64,000 nt of DNA from Squalus acanthias. Lineage: Eukaryota. Under the pieces are notes generated by a model. That model had not been told where the DNA came from. It saw only the letters and a list, made by a program, of their open reading frames with translations, and did not search any database. The translations under genes and the position numbers were made by a program. Positions 12,005 to 26,139 of this stretch are shown one piece after another. Each line of letters begins with the position of its first letter. Position 1 is the first letter of the stretch. The stretch is taken from NCBI GenBank assembly GCA_030390025.1, contig CM059431.1, positions 118,732,001-118,796,000 on the forward strand. The letters are read 5' to 3'.

Positions 12005-14166
12005 ATTCTAGATTTGGGCAAGGCCAACTTCAACGGGATGAGACAGAGACTATCCGCAGTAAACTGGGCAAATCTGTTAATGGGTAAAATGACAGAAGAT
12101 CATTGGGAGATGTTCAAAAAATAATTTGAGGTGACACAGAACCAGTTTATACCCCTGAGGGGCAAGAGGTCTACTTGCTAAAAAAATACAGCCATGGACG
12201 ACTAAAGAGGTGAGGGACAGCATAAAACTATAAGAAAAAGCATATAAAAATGCAAAAAAAAGCACAAATCCTGGCGAATGGGAAAGATACAAAGAACAGC
12301 AAAGGTTCACAAAACAGACAGTAAGAGCTACAAAAAGGGAATATGAAAAGAAACTTGTAAGGGATTTCAAAATCAATACAAAGAATTTTTACAATTATAT
12401 TAGGAAAAAGAGGGTAGTCAGGAGCAATGTTGACCCCTTAAAAACTGAAAGCGGTGATATTGTCAATGATAATAAGGAAATGGCGGACATGTTGAATAAT
12501 TACTTTGCATCCGTATTTACAGTAGAGGAAGAGGAAAGCATGCCAGAAATCCCAAGGAGACTCATATTAAATCAGGAACAGGGACTCAATAAAATTAAGC
12601 TAAGTAAAATAACAGTAATGAAGAAAATAATGGCACTAAACAATGATAAATCCTCAGGACCAGATGGTTTCCATCCCAGGGTTTAAAGGAAGTAGGTGAG
12701 CACATTGCAGACGCTCTAACTATAATCTTCCAAAATCCTCTCGATTCAGGAACCGTTGTTTTAGATTGGAAAATTGCACATGTCACTCGGCTATTTAAGA
12801 TTTATAGACCAGTTAGCCTAGCATCTGTTGTCAGGAAATTGCTAGAGTCTATAATTAAGGATAGGGTGAGTTGAACATTTTCAGTTGATCAGAGAGAGCC
12901 AGCAAGGATTTGTGAAAGGTAGGTCATGTCCGACAAACCTGATTGAATTTTTTGAGGTGGTGACTAAAGTAGTGGACAGGGCATGTCTATGGATGTTATT
13001 TATATGGACTTCCAGAAGGCATTTGATAAAGTCCCACATAAGCGACTGTTATCTAAGGTAGAAGCCCATGGAGTTGAGGGCAAATTATTGTCCTGGTTAG
13101 GAAATTGGCTGAGCAGCAGGAGACAGAGAGTAGGGATAATGGGCAGGTACTCTAACTGGCAGGATGTGACTAGTGGTGTCCTGCAGGGATCTGTGTTGGG
13201 GCCTCAACTATTCACAGTATTTATTAACGACTTAGATGATGGCATAGAAAGTCATATATCCAAATTTGCCGATGTCACAAAGATAGGCAGCATTGTAGGC
13301 AGTGCAGATGAAAACATAAAATGACAAAGGGATATCAAAAGACTAAGTAAATGGGCAAAACTGTGGCAAATGGAATTCAATGTAGGCAAATGTGAGGTCA
13401 TCCACTTTGGACCTAAAATGGATAGAACAGGATGCTTTCTAAATGGTGAAAAGCTAAAAACCAAAGAGACTTGAGGGCCCAGGTACATAGATCATTAAAT
13501 GTCATAAACAGGTACAGAAAATAATCAAAAAGGCTAATGGAATGCTGGTCTTTATATCTAGAGGACTAGAATACAAGGGGGTAGAAGTTATGCTGCAGCT
13601 ATACAAAACCCTGGTTAGACCACACCTGGAGTACTGTGAGCAGTTCTGGGCACCACACCTTAGGAATGATATACTGGCCTTGGAGGGAGTGCAGCGTAGG
13701 TTTACCAGAATGATACCCAGACTTCAAGGGTTAAGTTACGAGGAGAGATTACACAAATTAGAGTTGTATTCCCTAGAATTTAGAAGGTTAAGGGGTGATC
13801 TGATCGAAGTTTTCAAGATATTAAAGGGAACAGATAGAGTAGATAGAGAGAAACTATTTCCGCTGGTTGGGAATTCTAGGTCTAGGGGGCATAGTGTAAA
13901 AAATTAGAGCCAGACCTTGCAGGAGTGAAATTAGGAAACACTTCTACACACAAAGGGCGGTAGAAGTTTGGAACTCTTTTCCGCAAACAGCAATTGATGC
14001 TAGATCAATTGTTAATTTTAAATCGGAGATTGATAGATTTTTGTTAACCAAAGGTATTAAGTCATATGGGCCAAGGGCCATATGGACTTAGGTCACAAAT
14101 CAGCCATGATCTCATTGAATGGCGGAACAGACTTGAGGGGCTCAATGGCCTACTCCTGTTCCTATG
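12005..14166 (+). mobile_element. CR1 LINE, 5'-truncated, degenerate ORF2
   Basis: YMDFQKAFDKVPH, SGVLQGSVLGP, ISKFADVTK, LVRPHLEYC motifs; CR1 3' UTR ending GGCCTACTCCTGTTCCTATG. Confidence 0.92.
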
Positions 14167-14422
14167 GAAGAAAATCAGGTCAACGGATGGCTTCTGAGTG
14201 ACAAAACCTACAGTGAACTGCTGCAATATGAAACTATGTGTGAGGCAATGAATGAATGAGTAAGTAAATGAGGAGATAAGCAATGTAAAGAAAAGATACT
14301 AGTCCTGCACTGGGGATAGGCCTCCATATTCACATTCCCCACTGCAGTTATCACTTCCGTAAACAGTCAGACGCCCCTTCTGTCTGCAAATGCTATCTCC
14401 TGTCCTGTGAAATCATCTCCAA

Positions 14423-14850
14423 AAGAAAGAAAGACTTGTATTTATATAGCGCCTTTCACAACCTCAGGATGTCCCAAAATGCTTTACAACCAGTGAAATA
14501 CTTTTGAAGCGTAGTCACTGTTGTAATGTAGGAAACGTGGCACCCAATTTGTGCACAGCAAGCTCCCACAAATAGCAATGAAATAAATGATCAGGTCATC
14601 AGTTTTTTACATGTTGATTGAGGGATAAATGATGGCCCGGACACCAGGAGAACTCCCCTGATTTTCTTCAAATAGGGATCTTTTATGTCTACCCGAGAGG
14701 GCATACAGGGCCTCGGTTTAATGTCTTAGCCAAAGGACGGCACTCCCTCAGTACTGTACTGAAGTGTCAGCCCAGATTATGTGTTCAAGTCTATTGGGTG
14801 GGTCTTGAACCCACAACCTTCTGACTCAGAGGCGAAAGCGTTACAACTGG
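14423..14850 (-). mobile_element. tRNA-derived SINE (DeuSINE/SacSINE-like)
   Basis: B-box GGTTCAAGACC on the minus strand, (TTTC)n tail; second copy at 50225-50630. Family name is from recall. Confidence 0.75.
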
Positions 14851-15945
14851 GAAGAAAGAGGATTGAGAGAAAGGTGAATGTGACCAACATGCCCAGGGTA
14901 ACGTCCATCTTATGTGAACCTGTGGCCACGCAGCTTTAGGGAATCGTGTGGTGCCATAATAATTGATGTTTGATACTTAACCCACTTAATGGCTACCATG
15001 ACCAGCAGTGTGATATGGCAAGATGGAAAAGTGAAATGAAAAGAAATGCATGTGCCGTGCATTTACAAAACTCAGCAGTTGGACAAAGTTCTCTGCATTC
15101 TTCCCCTGAGATGGCGCACAAAATTTACATTGAGGATGGAGTTCGGCAAGACAACTTATGATGTTGTCACATTTTTGTGCCTCTTACCTTGGCAAGCTGG
15201 TGTCGGGCAGAAAGTTTCTTCCTCATCTGCTCCTAGGTGCAGGTCACTGGTGAAACAGCATTGACGTTCTCAGTCAGCTCCATCCATCTTGCTCTGACAG
15301 TCATCTTTAGTTGAGGGTGGTGTTTTCTTCCAAATAGAGCCACTCTTCACCAGAGTACTTCTTGTAGCAGGACCTCCAAAGTCTGGTTGCAAATACAGGG
15401 CTCTACTGGCCCCAATCATTTTACAGCCTAAATAAATGTTCACCTTTAAAGGCAGCAAACACCCCTTTAAGAGCTGCTGGTGCAGGAAATCAGGCTCTCT
15501 GATCTCAGCACACTCCACAGCACCTCATTCACTACATGCTGCGAGCCCCAGCAAATGATTTTAATGAGCTGATCATGAGAGATAAGCATTTACAGAAGAT
15601 TTTAGATGGCGTCATTGGGCGAGGTCAGCCTATTGGTATGCAGGGAAGGCCAGTGCCTGATGCACTGCACTTTCATTGCCACCCCTTATATTTACTTTGT
15701 CATCAAGATACTGGCCCGTGAAATTCCTCAAAGCTGTTGCTACTTATTTGCCATAATTTCACCAGAAGCACAGGAAAACTGCACTTAAGCCTGTAAATGG
15801 GGTTTTGCCACACTTACAGCAAAGTCACCATGGTGTAGTGGGAGCATCTCCGAGGAATTTCCCAGCCATTATAAGTTCTAGAAGTTTCACAAACTTTTGC
15901 ATGTCTTTGTATTCTGCCTAGTCTATAAGCTTTGTATATATATAT

Positions 15946-16748
15946 TTTTTATTCGTTTATGGGATGTGGGCATCGCTGGTGAGGCCAGCATTTATTACCC
16001 ATCTCTACTTGCCCTTGAGAAGGTGGTGGTGAGCTGCCTTCTTGAATCGCTGCAGTCCATGTAGTGAAGGTACTCCCACAGTGCTGTTAGGGAGGGAGTT
16101 CCAGGATTTTGACCCAGTGACAATGAAGGAACGGCGATATACTTCCAAGTCAGGATGGTGTGTGACTTGGAGGGGAACTTGGAGGTGGTGGTGTTCCCAT
16201 GCGCCTGCTGCCCTTGTCCTTCTAGGTGATAGAGGTCGCAGGTTTGGGAGGTGCTGCCGAAGAAGGCTTGGTGAGTTGCTGCAGTGCATCTTGTAGATGG
16301 TACACACTACAGCCACGGTACGTTGGAGGTGGAGGGAGTGAATGTTTAAGGAGGTGGATGGGGTGCCAATCAAGTGGGCTGCTTTGTCTTGGATGGTGCC
16401 GAGCTTCTTGTGTGTTGTTGGAGCTGCACTCATCCAGGCAAGTGGAGAGTATTCCATCACACTCTTGACTTGTGCCTTGTAGATGGTGGAATGGCTTTGG
16501 AGAATCAGGAGGTGAGACACTCGCCGCAGAATACCCAGCCTCTGACCTGCTCTTGTTGCCACAGTATTTATGTGGCTGGTCCAGTTAAGTTTCTGGTCAA
16601 TGGTGACCCCAGGATATTGATGGTGGGGGATTCGGCAATGGTAATGCCATTGAATGTCAAGGGGCGGTGGTTAGACGTTTGCTTGTTGGAGACAGTCATT
16701 GCCATGGCACTTGTGTGGCGTGAATGTTACCTGCCACTTATCAGCCCA
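15946..16748 (-). mobile_element. LINE family B (CR1/L2 group) 3' fragment
   Basis: RAGQRLGILRRVSHLL..KSVMEYSPLAW; 3' tail GCCCACATCCCA..AATAAAAA; same family as 20230-22300 and 54885-58139. Confidence 0.88.
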
Positions 16749-17005
16749 TTAAGTACTGTAGTGATTTTAGTCCATGCAAGTCTGAACTGGGGTGTATCGT
16801 TCTATGCTTTGAATAGGCTGAAGACATATCCTAAATAAATCTAGCATTCAATCTCCTGCAGTTGTGTGAATTAGATGTTAGCCATTGTACAAGAGTAAGG
16901 CTAATTATAATCACATTTTCAATTTAGAGGGAAAATTTTCACTTATTTGAAATGCTGTGAAACTGTTTCGAAACAGCAAAAAACCCAAACTGTTAAAGAA
17001 GTCAG

Positions 17006-17207
17006 AAGTCGCACAACACCAGGTTATAGTCCAACAGTTTTATTTGAAATCACAAGCTTTTGGAGCTGCTGCCCCTTCGTCACCTGACGAAGGGGCAGCA
17101 GCTCCGAAAGCTCGTGATTTCAGATAAAAATGTTGGACTATAACCTGGTGTTGTGCGACTTCTCACTTTTGTCCACCCCAGTCCAACACCGGCATCTCCG
17201 CATCATG
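17006..17207 (+). mobile_element. Penelope-like element terminal remnant (inverted-repeat hairpin)
   Basis: ~78-bp inverted arms centred near 17083; 14-bp direct flanking repeat GTTAAAGAAGTCAG (16992-17005, 17208-17221). Confidence 0.8.
17080..17117 (+). ncRNA. Minimal type I hammerhead ribozyme
   Basis: TCAC-CTGACGA-A-GGGGC-AGCA-GCTCC-GAAA-GC-TC-GTGA: core CUGANGA/GAAA, stem II, palindromic minimal stem III, stem I TCAC/GTGA. Confidence 0.7.
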
Positions 17208-17657
17208 GTTAAAGAAGTCAGTCATGGACAATTTGGGGTGCAAAAAAAGACGGGGGAATTAGCAACATTCCAAACCTTATGAATCAAAGCATGAAACGGC
17301 TTGAGTTGCCTCAAGGAAGTGCTCAGTGTCTTCTCAGGGACTCTGAAACAGATAGTGCCAGGCTTTGTGACATCACAGCTAGACTGCTAGTGTGGAGCCA
17401 ACATCCTGTTATCAGATCTGTGCGTAAGGGTTTACTGAAGCTGAATGCTGTTGCCAATCTAGCTAAAACTATTGAATGACATACCAGAATGCTGGCAAAC
17501 CTTCTCTTACTGATGACTGCAGTCTTTCCATGATCTGCCAGCCCAGCCTTTGTAGCTGCTTAACGAGTTAACTCGTGTCAGATAAAGTCACAAGCAAAGC
17601 AGTTTCCAGCCTGGCCCCTATTATCCTCTGCAGAAGATTTGAGGACTCCTAGACGTT

Positions 17658-18398
17658 GGCCCAGAAATTGATCTCGCTCTGTTCCCGCGGGGTAAGGCTT
17701 CCCCGCGATCTCTCACTCCGCGTTGGCTTTTTCAGATCCAGCTCGCACGAACTTGATGTTCCAGACATCAGCTGGGCAGTGCTTGCGTATCCCACCGGCG
17801 TAGTGAATTCGTGCGAGCTGTGGGATCACGTGACTCAGTTAGAGCCAATGGCAGCACCATCTTCCATTCATAAGTTTCACATACGTGCTGTGAAATCTAT
17901 GAATATTACACCCCCCCAAAATAACAGCTAAACCTCAATTAAATTTAAAAAAAAAACCATCACATTAATAAAATAAGTATAGTTAAATAAATTAACCATT
18001 TTAAATAAAAAATTAAATTTTTGAAAAAATTTAAAATCTTTTAAAAAGTTATAAAAATAAACTTACCTGTCTTTAAAGTCTCTAAAAAAGATATAGCTGT
18101 AAAAAAAAATTCAAAAAAATACTTAATTCACTACTTACCTTGTTAAAAGTGGGTCTTACTCCTCCTTTTTCGATTTCTAAAATCTTCCGTCCTTACCTGC
18201 GCGTCCAAAGCACAAAGTGCACAGCATGCGCGCAGCCTGTAGCGCGCACGCGATGCACCAAGGAACCGCCCCCTTTTCAAAAGACCAAGTGCCGGTTTTC
18301 AGCGCATGCGCAGGGCATGCAGAAAACCGGCAATTGGAGAGAGAATACGCGAGAGTACGCAGTGCGTACTCTCGCGCAGCGGGATGAATTTTTGGCCC
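17658..18398. mobile_element. Harbinger-type MITE
   Basis: Imperfect TIRs GGCCCAGAAATT/AATTTTTGGCCC, 3-bp flanks GTT/ATT, GC-rich arms around an AT-rich core; related to 51967-52731. Confidence 0.7.
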
Positions 18399-19719
18399 AT
18401 TGTCTTTTATAGAAGGAGATCTAGCTCTGCTCTGAAGCTGCAGATTGCTTATTGTTTTTGTCAAGGTTGCAATTTTTTGATCAACAATGCAAAATTCCAA
18501 ATGATCATTTGCTAAAAAAAAGGAGGATTTGCTCTAATTATGAATTTACATCTCAATTTATTACACACATTGAACATGGCAGTAAATTGCTCTCAAGCTG
18601 TTTACCTTTTTAAAAAAAAAAAAATTTGTTCATGGAATATAATAAATCCAAGCTAATCCCCAAGTTAACAACAGATTTAGAAATTGCAACCACCAGTGCT
18701 CAAGGTCTTAATTCAGAAGGGACACTTTCAACTTTGTTACCAAAATTGCATTAGTCCCTCATATCCAAATAGTTCTACTGAATGATGCCATAGATTAAAC
18801 AGATAATATGTGACTATCAGCTGTGTTACAAACAATGAATTATTAGTACAGTAGCCACTGAGAACTTAATGAAACATTTCTGGCTATAAATTCAGAAGTA
18901 TTTATGGAAGATTTAGGATTTTGAACATTACACTTTTAATAAGAAATTCAGTCCTTGAGAGAATGTAAAAGTTTGTCATTAGTAAATTAACTTGGGGAAT
19001 AAACTTATCCCCGAGTCAAGTTTGTATCGATCCAACAATCTATCATTCATCCATGGTTTTATAATGGAAGCAAAACTCAAAATAGTCAAGTTTCTATCTG
19101 TGAAGGCCATACAACAGTTTGAAAGAAGGATTAATAGAGTATTGACCGAGCTGTAGTTTGGGGATAGAGAGTGGGTATAAGTGCATGATGCTCGTGCAGC
19201 TCACTTGATTAATGCATTTGACATTGTCAACACCCTTGGATCAAATGGGCACAGGTCACACATGAAGGGTGCACATCATTAGGTAAATATGATTCACTGT
19301 GGGACAAGGTGGTCAGAGTGGTGTAATATCTACGATGAACAAAACCACTGCGGATCTGTGTTTTTTTTTCTAAACAGACTCCATTCAGCGAAAAGCAATT
19401 ATCTGTCAGAGATGCTTTTAACTTACCTCATTAGGAATAAAATGACAGCGGTGTGTGGTTATGCTGATTTAATCTCATCCGAAAATATCCTGACTGCAAC
19501 TTGTCAAAAACTGAATAAGCTGACGCAGTTAGATGAAATGGAAAATACGCAATAAGCAAGTAAACAATTAACATGCAAAGAAGAAGAATGCTAATACAGC
19601 AGTTCATTTCTATTCACACACAGCAGTTTATACAGTGGCATAACAGTGAAAAATAGTGCATTTTATATCAATCAAAATGTTTGTTTTTTCCCCTATGATA
19701 GCAATTCCTCAACAGTTAA

Positions 19720-20230
19720 ATACCATGGAGGGTTAAATTAGGAGGACAGATTGTATAAACTTGGCTTGCATTCCCTTGAGTATAGCAGATTGAAGGGTGA
19801 TCTGATCGAGGTGCTTAAAATGTTAAAAGGATTTGATAGGGTAGATACAGAGAAACTATTTCATCTGGTGGGGAATCAGGAACGAGGGGGGACATAATCT
19901 TAACATTAGAGCTAGGCCATTTAGGAGCAAAATAAGGAAACACTCTTTCACACAAAGGGTAGTAGAAATCAGGAATTATCTGCTCCAAAATATCTGGATT
20001 ATGGGACAATTGGAATTTTCAAGACTGAGATCGATAGATTTTGTTAGATAATTCTATTAGATGCAGGAGATGGTTCTGTGATAGATAGTAGATTGGCGGT
20101 TAGGATCAGATCAGCCATGATCTTATTGAATGGCGGAGCAGGCTCGAGGGGCCGATTGGCCTACTCCTGCTCCTATTTCTTATGTTCTTATGTTCTTATA
20201 AGGTTATCAAGGGATATAAAGCTAAAGTGG
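19720..20230 (+). mobile_element. CR1 3' fragment(s); remainder at ~22300-22385
   Basis: Similar to 13720-14166; (TTATGTTC)n tail near 20180-20198. Confidence 0.75.
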
Positions 20231-22300
20231 ATAATCTGTAACCTCATGGCCCGGCATATCCCTCACTCTACCATTACCATCAAGCCAGGGGACCAACCCT
20301 GGTTCAATAAGGAGTGTAGAAGAGCATGCCAGGAGCAGCACCAGGCATACCTAAAAATGAGTTGCCAACCTGGGGAAGCTGCAACACAGGACTACATGCA
20401 TGCTAAAAAGCGGAAGCAGCATGCTATAGACAAGGCTATGAGATCCCACAATCAACAGATCAGATCAAAGCTCTGCAGTCCTGCCACATCCAGTCGTGAA
20501 TGGTGGTGGACCAATAAACAACTAACAGGAGGAGGAGGCGCCATGAATATCACCATCCTCAATAATGGTGGAGCCCAGCACGTGAGTGCAAAAGACAAAG
20601 CTGAAGCGTTTGCAGCCATCTTCAGCCAGAAGTGCCGAGTGGATGATCCATATCGGCCTCCTCCCTGAGGTCCCCATTATCACAGAAGCCAGTCTTCAAC
20701 CAATTCGATTCACTCCATATGATATCAAGAAACAGCTGAGCGCACTGGATACAGCAAAGGCTATGGGTCCCCGACAACATCCCGGCTGTCGTGCTGAAGA
20801 CTTGTGCTCCAGAACTAGCTGTGCCTCTAGCCAAGCTGTTCCACTACAGCTACAACACTGGCATCTATCCACAATGTGGAAAACTGCCCAGGTAAGACCT
20901 GTTCACAAAAAGCAGGACAATTCCAATCCGACCAATTATTGCCCCATCAGTCTACTCTATCATCAGCAAAGTGATGGAAGGTGTCATCGACAGTACTATC
21001 AAGTGGCACTTACTCACCAATAACCTGCTCACTGATGCCCAGTTTGGGTTCCGCCAAGACCACTCAGGCTCCCGACCTCATTACAGCCTTGGCCCAAACA
21101 TGGACAAAGGAGCTGAATTCCAAAGGTGAGGTGAGAGTAACTGCCCTTGACATCAAAGCAGCATTTGACCGAGGTATCAAGGAGCCCTAGTAAAACTGAA
21201 GTCAATGGGAATCGGGGGAAAACTCTTCACTAGCTGGAGTCATACCTAACACAAAGGAAGATGGTTGTGGTGGTTGGAGGTCAATCATCACAGCCCCAAG
21301 ACATCGCTGCAGGAGTTCCTCAGGGCAGTGTCCTCGGCCCAACCATCTTCAGCTGCTTCATCAATGACCTTCCCTCCAACATAAGGTCAGAAATGGGAAT
21401 GTTCACTGATGACTACACAGTGTTCAGTGCCATTCACAACTCCTCAGATAATGAAGCCTTCCATGCCCGCATGCAACAAGACCTGGACAATGTTCAGGCT
21501 TGGGCTGATAAGTGGCAGGTAACATTCACGCCACACAAGTGCCAGGCAATGACTATTTCCAACAAACGAGAGTCTAACCAAGGCCCCTTGACGTTCAACG
21601 GCATTACCATCGCCGAATCCCCCACCATTAACATCCTGGGGGTCAGCATTGACCAGAAACTTAACTGGACCAGCCACATAAATACTGTGGCAACAAGAGC
21701 AGGTCAGAGGCTAGGTATTCTGTGGCGAGTGTCTCACCTCCTGACTCCCCAAAGCTTTTCCATCTACAAGGCACAAGTAAAGAGTGTGATAGAATACTCT
21801 CTACTTGCCTGGATGAGTACAGCTCCAACAACACTCAAGCAGCTCGACACCATACATGACAAAGTAGCCCGCTTGATTGGCACCCTATCCACCTCTTTAA
21901 ACATTCACTCCCTACATCACCAGCTTACCGTGGCTGCAGTGTGAACCATCTACAAGATGCACTGCAGCAACTCGCCAAGGCTTCTTTGGCAGCACCTCCC
22001 AAACCCGCAACCTCTTCCACCTAGAAGGACAAGGGCAGCAGGAGAATGGAAACAGCACCACCTCCAAGTTCCGCTCCAAGTCACACACCATCCTGACTTG
22101 GAAGTATATCACCGTCCCTTTATTGTCGCTGGTCAAAATCCTGGAACTCCCTCCCTAACAGCACTGTGGGAGTACCTTCCCCACACGGACTGCAGTTGTT
22201 AAAGAAGGCGGCTCACCACCACCTTCTCAAGGGCAATTAGGGATGGGCAATAAATGCTGGCCTTGCCAGTGATGCCCACATCCCATGAACGAATAAAAAA
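20230..22300 (+). mobile_element. LINE family B, 5'-truncated, frameshifted RT
   Basis: ALDIKAAFD, AGVPQGSVLGPTIFSCFINDLP, FTDD motifs; A-rich tail near 22292-22302. Confidence 0.9.
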
Positions 22301-23155
22301 AATAGAGTTAAGATTCGGAAAAGCCATGATCTAATTGAATGGCGAAGCAGGCTCCAGGGATTGATTGTCTACTCCTGTTCCTACCACCTAACACAAACAT
22401 ATTTAAAACTGAAAAACCCTGTAATATAGACTGATAATGCCCAATTTCAAATGCAGGTATTCAGCTTGAAGCAGAGGCGATTTTCGCATGGAACATATTT
22501 TGGGCAGATGATGGATGGAGTATCTGCTCCACCTGCCTAATGAGTTTGGTGGGAGGCTTGATCCAGTTTCATATTAAGCCCTCATTTGAATGCGAGCTGC
22601 CAGCACTAACCGAGCTCCTGCTAGCCAACTTGCCAATCCGGAGAGCAGGAGATCAAAAGGCGAGGCCACTACTTAAGGGCAGCCTTCAGCCCTTAATGGG
22701 GAGGGGCACTTTTCAAAGGTGGTCAGTGCAGAACGAGTTACTGAAGCAGCATGTAGCATGACATGGTCCCGGGCCTCCATATTCCCTAATGGAGCTATGA
22801 AGGTGTCTGTAGAGCAATTGAGGAATGGGAAGTAAGTCCTCTTCCCCTCCAATGGGCACTCGGTGTTCCAATGTTTTGGCTACAGTGCAGGAAGAAATTT
22901 AACAACCTCACCAGGACTGTCAAGGTATAACTCCTCTTTATATCTCTTTTAATTTCTATACAGCTCTAGCCCACCTTTCTTAAGCCCCAGCACTATCAAT
23001 GACCCCCTCCCTCACTTGCCAGGCCTCTCCTGAAATCAAAGTAGAAACATAGAAACATAGAAACATAGAAACATAGAAAATAGGTACAGGAGTAGACCAT
23101 TCGGTCCTTCGAGCCTGCACCACCATTCAATGCGTTCATGGCTGAACATGCTACC

Positions 23156-26092
23156 TCAGTACCCCATTCCTGCTTTCTCGCCATACCCCTTGATCCCCCT
23201 AGTTGTGAGTGTTATATCTAACTCCCTTTTGAATATATTTAGCGAACTGGCCTCAACAACCTTCTGTGGAAGAGAATTCCATAGATTCACCACTCTCTGG
23301 GTGAAGAAGTTCCTCCTCAGCTCAGTCCTAAATGGCTTCCCCTTAATCCTTAGACTGTGACCCCTGGTTCTAGTTTTCCCTACCATTGGGAACATTCTGC
23401 CCGCATCTAATTTGTCTAAACCAGTCAGGATTATAAATGTCTCTATAAGATCCCCCCTCATTCTTCTGAACTCCAGAGGATACAAGTTCAGTTGACCCAA
23501 TCTTTCTTGATATGTCAGTCCGACCATCCCAGGAATCAATCTAGTGAACCTTCGCTGCACTCCCTCAATAGCAAGAATGTCCTTCCTTAAGTTAGGAGAC
23601 CAAAACTGCGCACAATACTCCAGGTGTGGCCTCACCAAGGCCCTGTACAACTGCAGCATCACCTCCCTACTCCTGTACTCAAATCCCCTTACTATGAAGG
23701 CCATCATTCCGTTTGCTTTCTTGACTGCCTGCTGCACTTGCATTCCCACCTTCAATGACTGATGTACCATGATGCCCAGGTCTCGTTGCACCTCCCCTTT
23801 CCCTAATCTGCCACCATTCCGGTAATAGTCCGCCTCTCTATTTTTACCACCAAAGTGGATAACCTCACATTTATCCACATTGTACTTCATCTGCCATACA
23901 TTTGCCCATTCACCCAACCTGTCCAAGTCACTCTGTAGCCTCCTAGCATCCTCCTCATTGTTCACACTGCCTCCCAATTTAGTGTCATCCGCAAATTTGG
24001 AGATATTACATTTAATCCCTTCGTCCAAATCATTAATATATAATGTAAACAGCTGGGGTCCCAGCACCGAACCCTGCGGTACCCCGCTGGTCACTGCCTG
24101 CCATTCTGAAAAGTACCCATTTACTCCTACTCTTTGTTTCCTGTGTGCCAACCAGTTCTCAATCCACGTCAACACATTACCCCCAATCCCATGTGCTTTA
24201 ACTTTGCTCACCAATCTCTTGTGTGGAACCTTGTCGAAGGCCTTCTGAAAGTCCAAATACACCACATCTACTGGTTCCTCCCTGTCCACCCTATTCGAAA
24301 CATCCTCAAAAAATTCCAGAAGATTTGTCAAGCATGATTTCCCTTTCACAAATCCATGCTGACTTGGACCTATCATGTCGCCACTTTCCAAATGGTCTGT
24401 TATGACATCTTTAATAATTGCTTCCATCATTTTACCCACAACCGATGTCAGGCTGACCGGTCTATAATTCCCTGCTTTCTCCCTCCCTCCTTTTTTAAAA
24501 AGAGGGGTTACATTGGCCACCCTCCACTCCATCGGAACTGATCCAGAGTCTAAGGAATGTTGGAAAATGATCGTCAATGCATCCACTATTTCCAAGGCCA
24601 CCTCCTTAAGTACTCTGGGATGCAGACCATCAGGCCCCGGGGATTTTTCAGCCTTCAGTCCCATCAATTTTCCCAATACCTTTTCCCGACTAATAAGGAT
24701 TTCCCTCAGCTCCTCCCTCTTACCAGATCCTCTGACCCCTTTTATTTCCGGCAGCTTGTGTGTGTCCTCCACAGTAAACACCGAACCAAAGTACTTGTTC
24801 AATTGATCAGTCATTTCCTTGTTCCCCATTACGACTTCCCCTGTTTCCGACTGCAGGGGACCTACGTTTGTTTTTACTAACCTCTTTCTTTTTACATATT
24901 TATAGAAGCTTTTGCTGTCCATTTTAATGTTCTCTGCAAGCTTCCTTTCATATTTTATTTTCCCTGCCCTAATCAAACCCTTCGTCCTCCTCTGCTAAGT
25001 TTTGAAGTTCTCCCAGTCCCCGGGTTTGCTGCTACTTCTGGCCAATTTGTATGCAACTTCCTTGGTTTTAATACTATCCCTGATTTCCCTTGTTAGCCAT
25101 GGTTGAGCCACCTTCCCTTTTTTATTTTTACGCCAGACCGGGATGTACAATTGTTGTAGTTCATCCATGCGATCTCTAAATGTCTGCCATTGCCCTTCCA
25201 CTGATAGCCCCTTAAATATCGCTTGCCAATTTAACCTCGCCAATTCACGCCTCATACCCTCAAAGTTGCCCTTATTTAAGTTCTGGACCATGGTCTCTGA
25301 CTTAACTGTTTCCTTCTCCATCCTAATGTAGAACTCCACCATACTATGGTCACTCTTCCCCAGGGGGCCTCGTACCACAAGATTGCTGATTAGTCCTTCC
25401 TCATTACACAACACCCAGTCCAGGATGGCCTCCCCTCGAGTTGGTTCCTCAACATATTGGTTTAGGAAACCATCCCTTAAACACTCCAGGAAATCCTCCT
25501 CCACCGTATTGCTTCCAGTTTGAGTAGCCCAATCTATATGCATATTAAAGTCACCCATGATAACTGCCGTGCCTTTTTTGCACGCACCTCTGATTTCCTG
25601 TTTCATACCCTCCCCCACCTCACTACTGCTGTTTGGAGGTCTGTACACAACTCCCACTAACGTTTTCTGCCCTTTGGTGTTCTGCAGCTCAACCCATATT
25701 GATTCCACATCCTCCAAGCTGATGTCCTTCCTAGCTATTGCATTAATCTCCTCTTTAACCAGCAATGCTACCCCACCCCCTTTTCCTTTTATTCTATCCT
25801 TTCTGAATGTTGAATACCCCTGGATGTTCAGTTCCCAGCCTTGATTGTTCTGGAGCCACGTCTCTGTAATCCCAATCACATCGTATCCGTTAACATCTAT
25901 TTGCACAGTCAATTCATCCACCTTATTACGGATACTCCTTGCATTAAGACACAGAGCCTTTAGGCTTGTTTTATTAACATCCTTTGTCCTTTTAGACTTA
26001 TGATTTAGTATGGCCCTTTGTGTTTCTTGCCTTTGTTTACTCGGCCTTCCCCTATTGTTTCTCACCCTTCTAACATTTGTTTCTGACTGCAT
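23156..26092 (-). pseudogene. CR1 ORF2 (APE endonuclease + reverse transcriptase) with a single premature stop at 24995-24997
   Basis: ORFs 24995-26092 (CLNARSIRNK, GITETW, MGDFN, SDH) and 23156-24976 (LDFQKAFD, GVPQGSVLGP, FADD) are in the same frame. Confidence 0.95.
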
Positions 26093-26139
26093 ATTACTTC
26101 CCCCTGTTTCGCTACATAGGTTCCCATTCCCCTGCCATA

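Noticed and set aside
23042..23080. Tandem octamer array as CRISPR or satellite
   Set aside because: It is the CR1 3' tail; no spacers, eukaryotic context.
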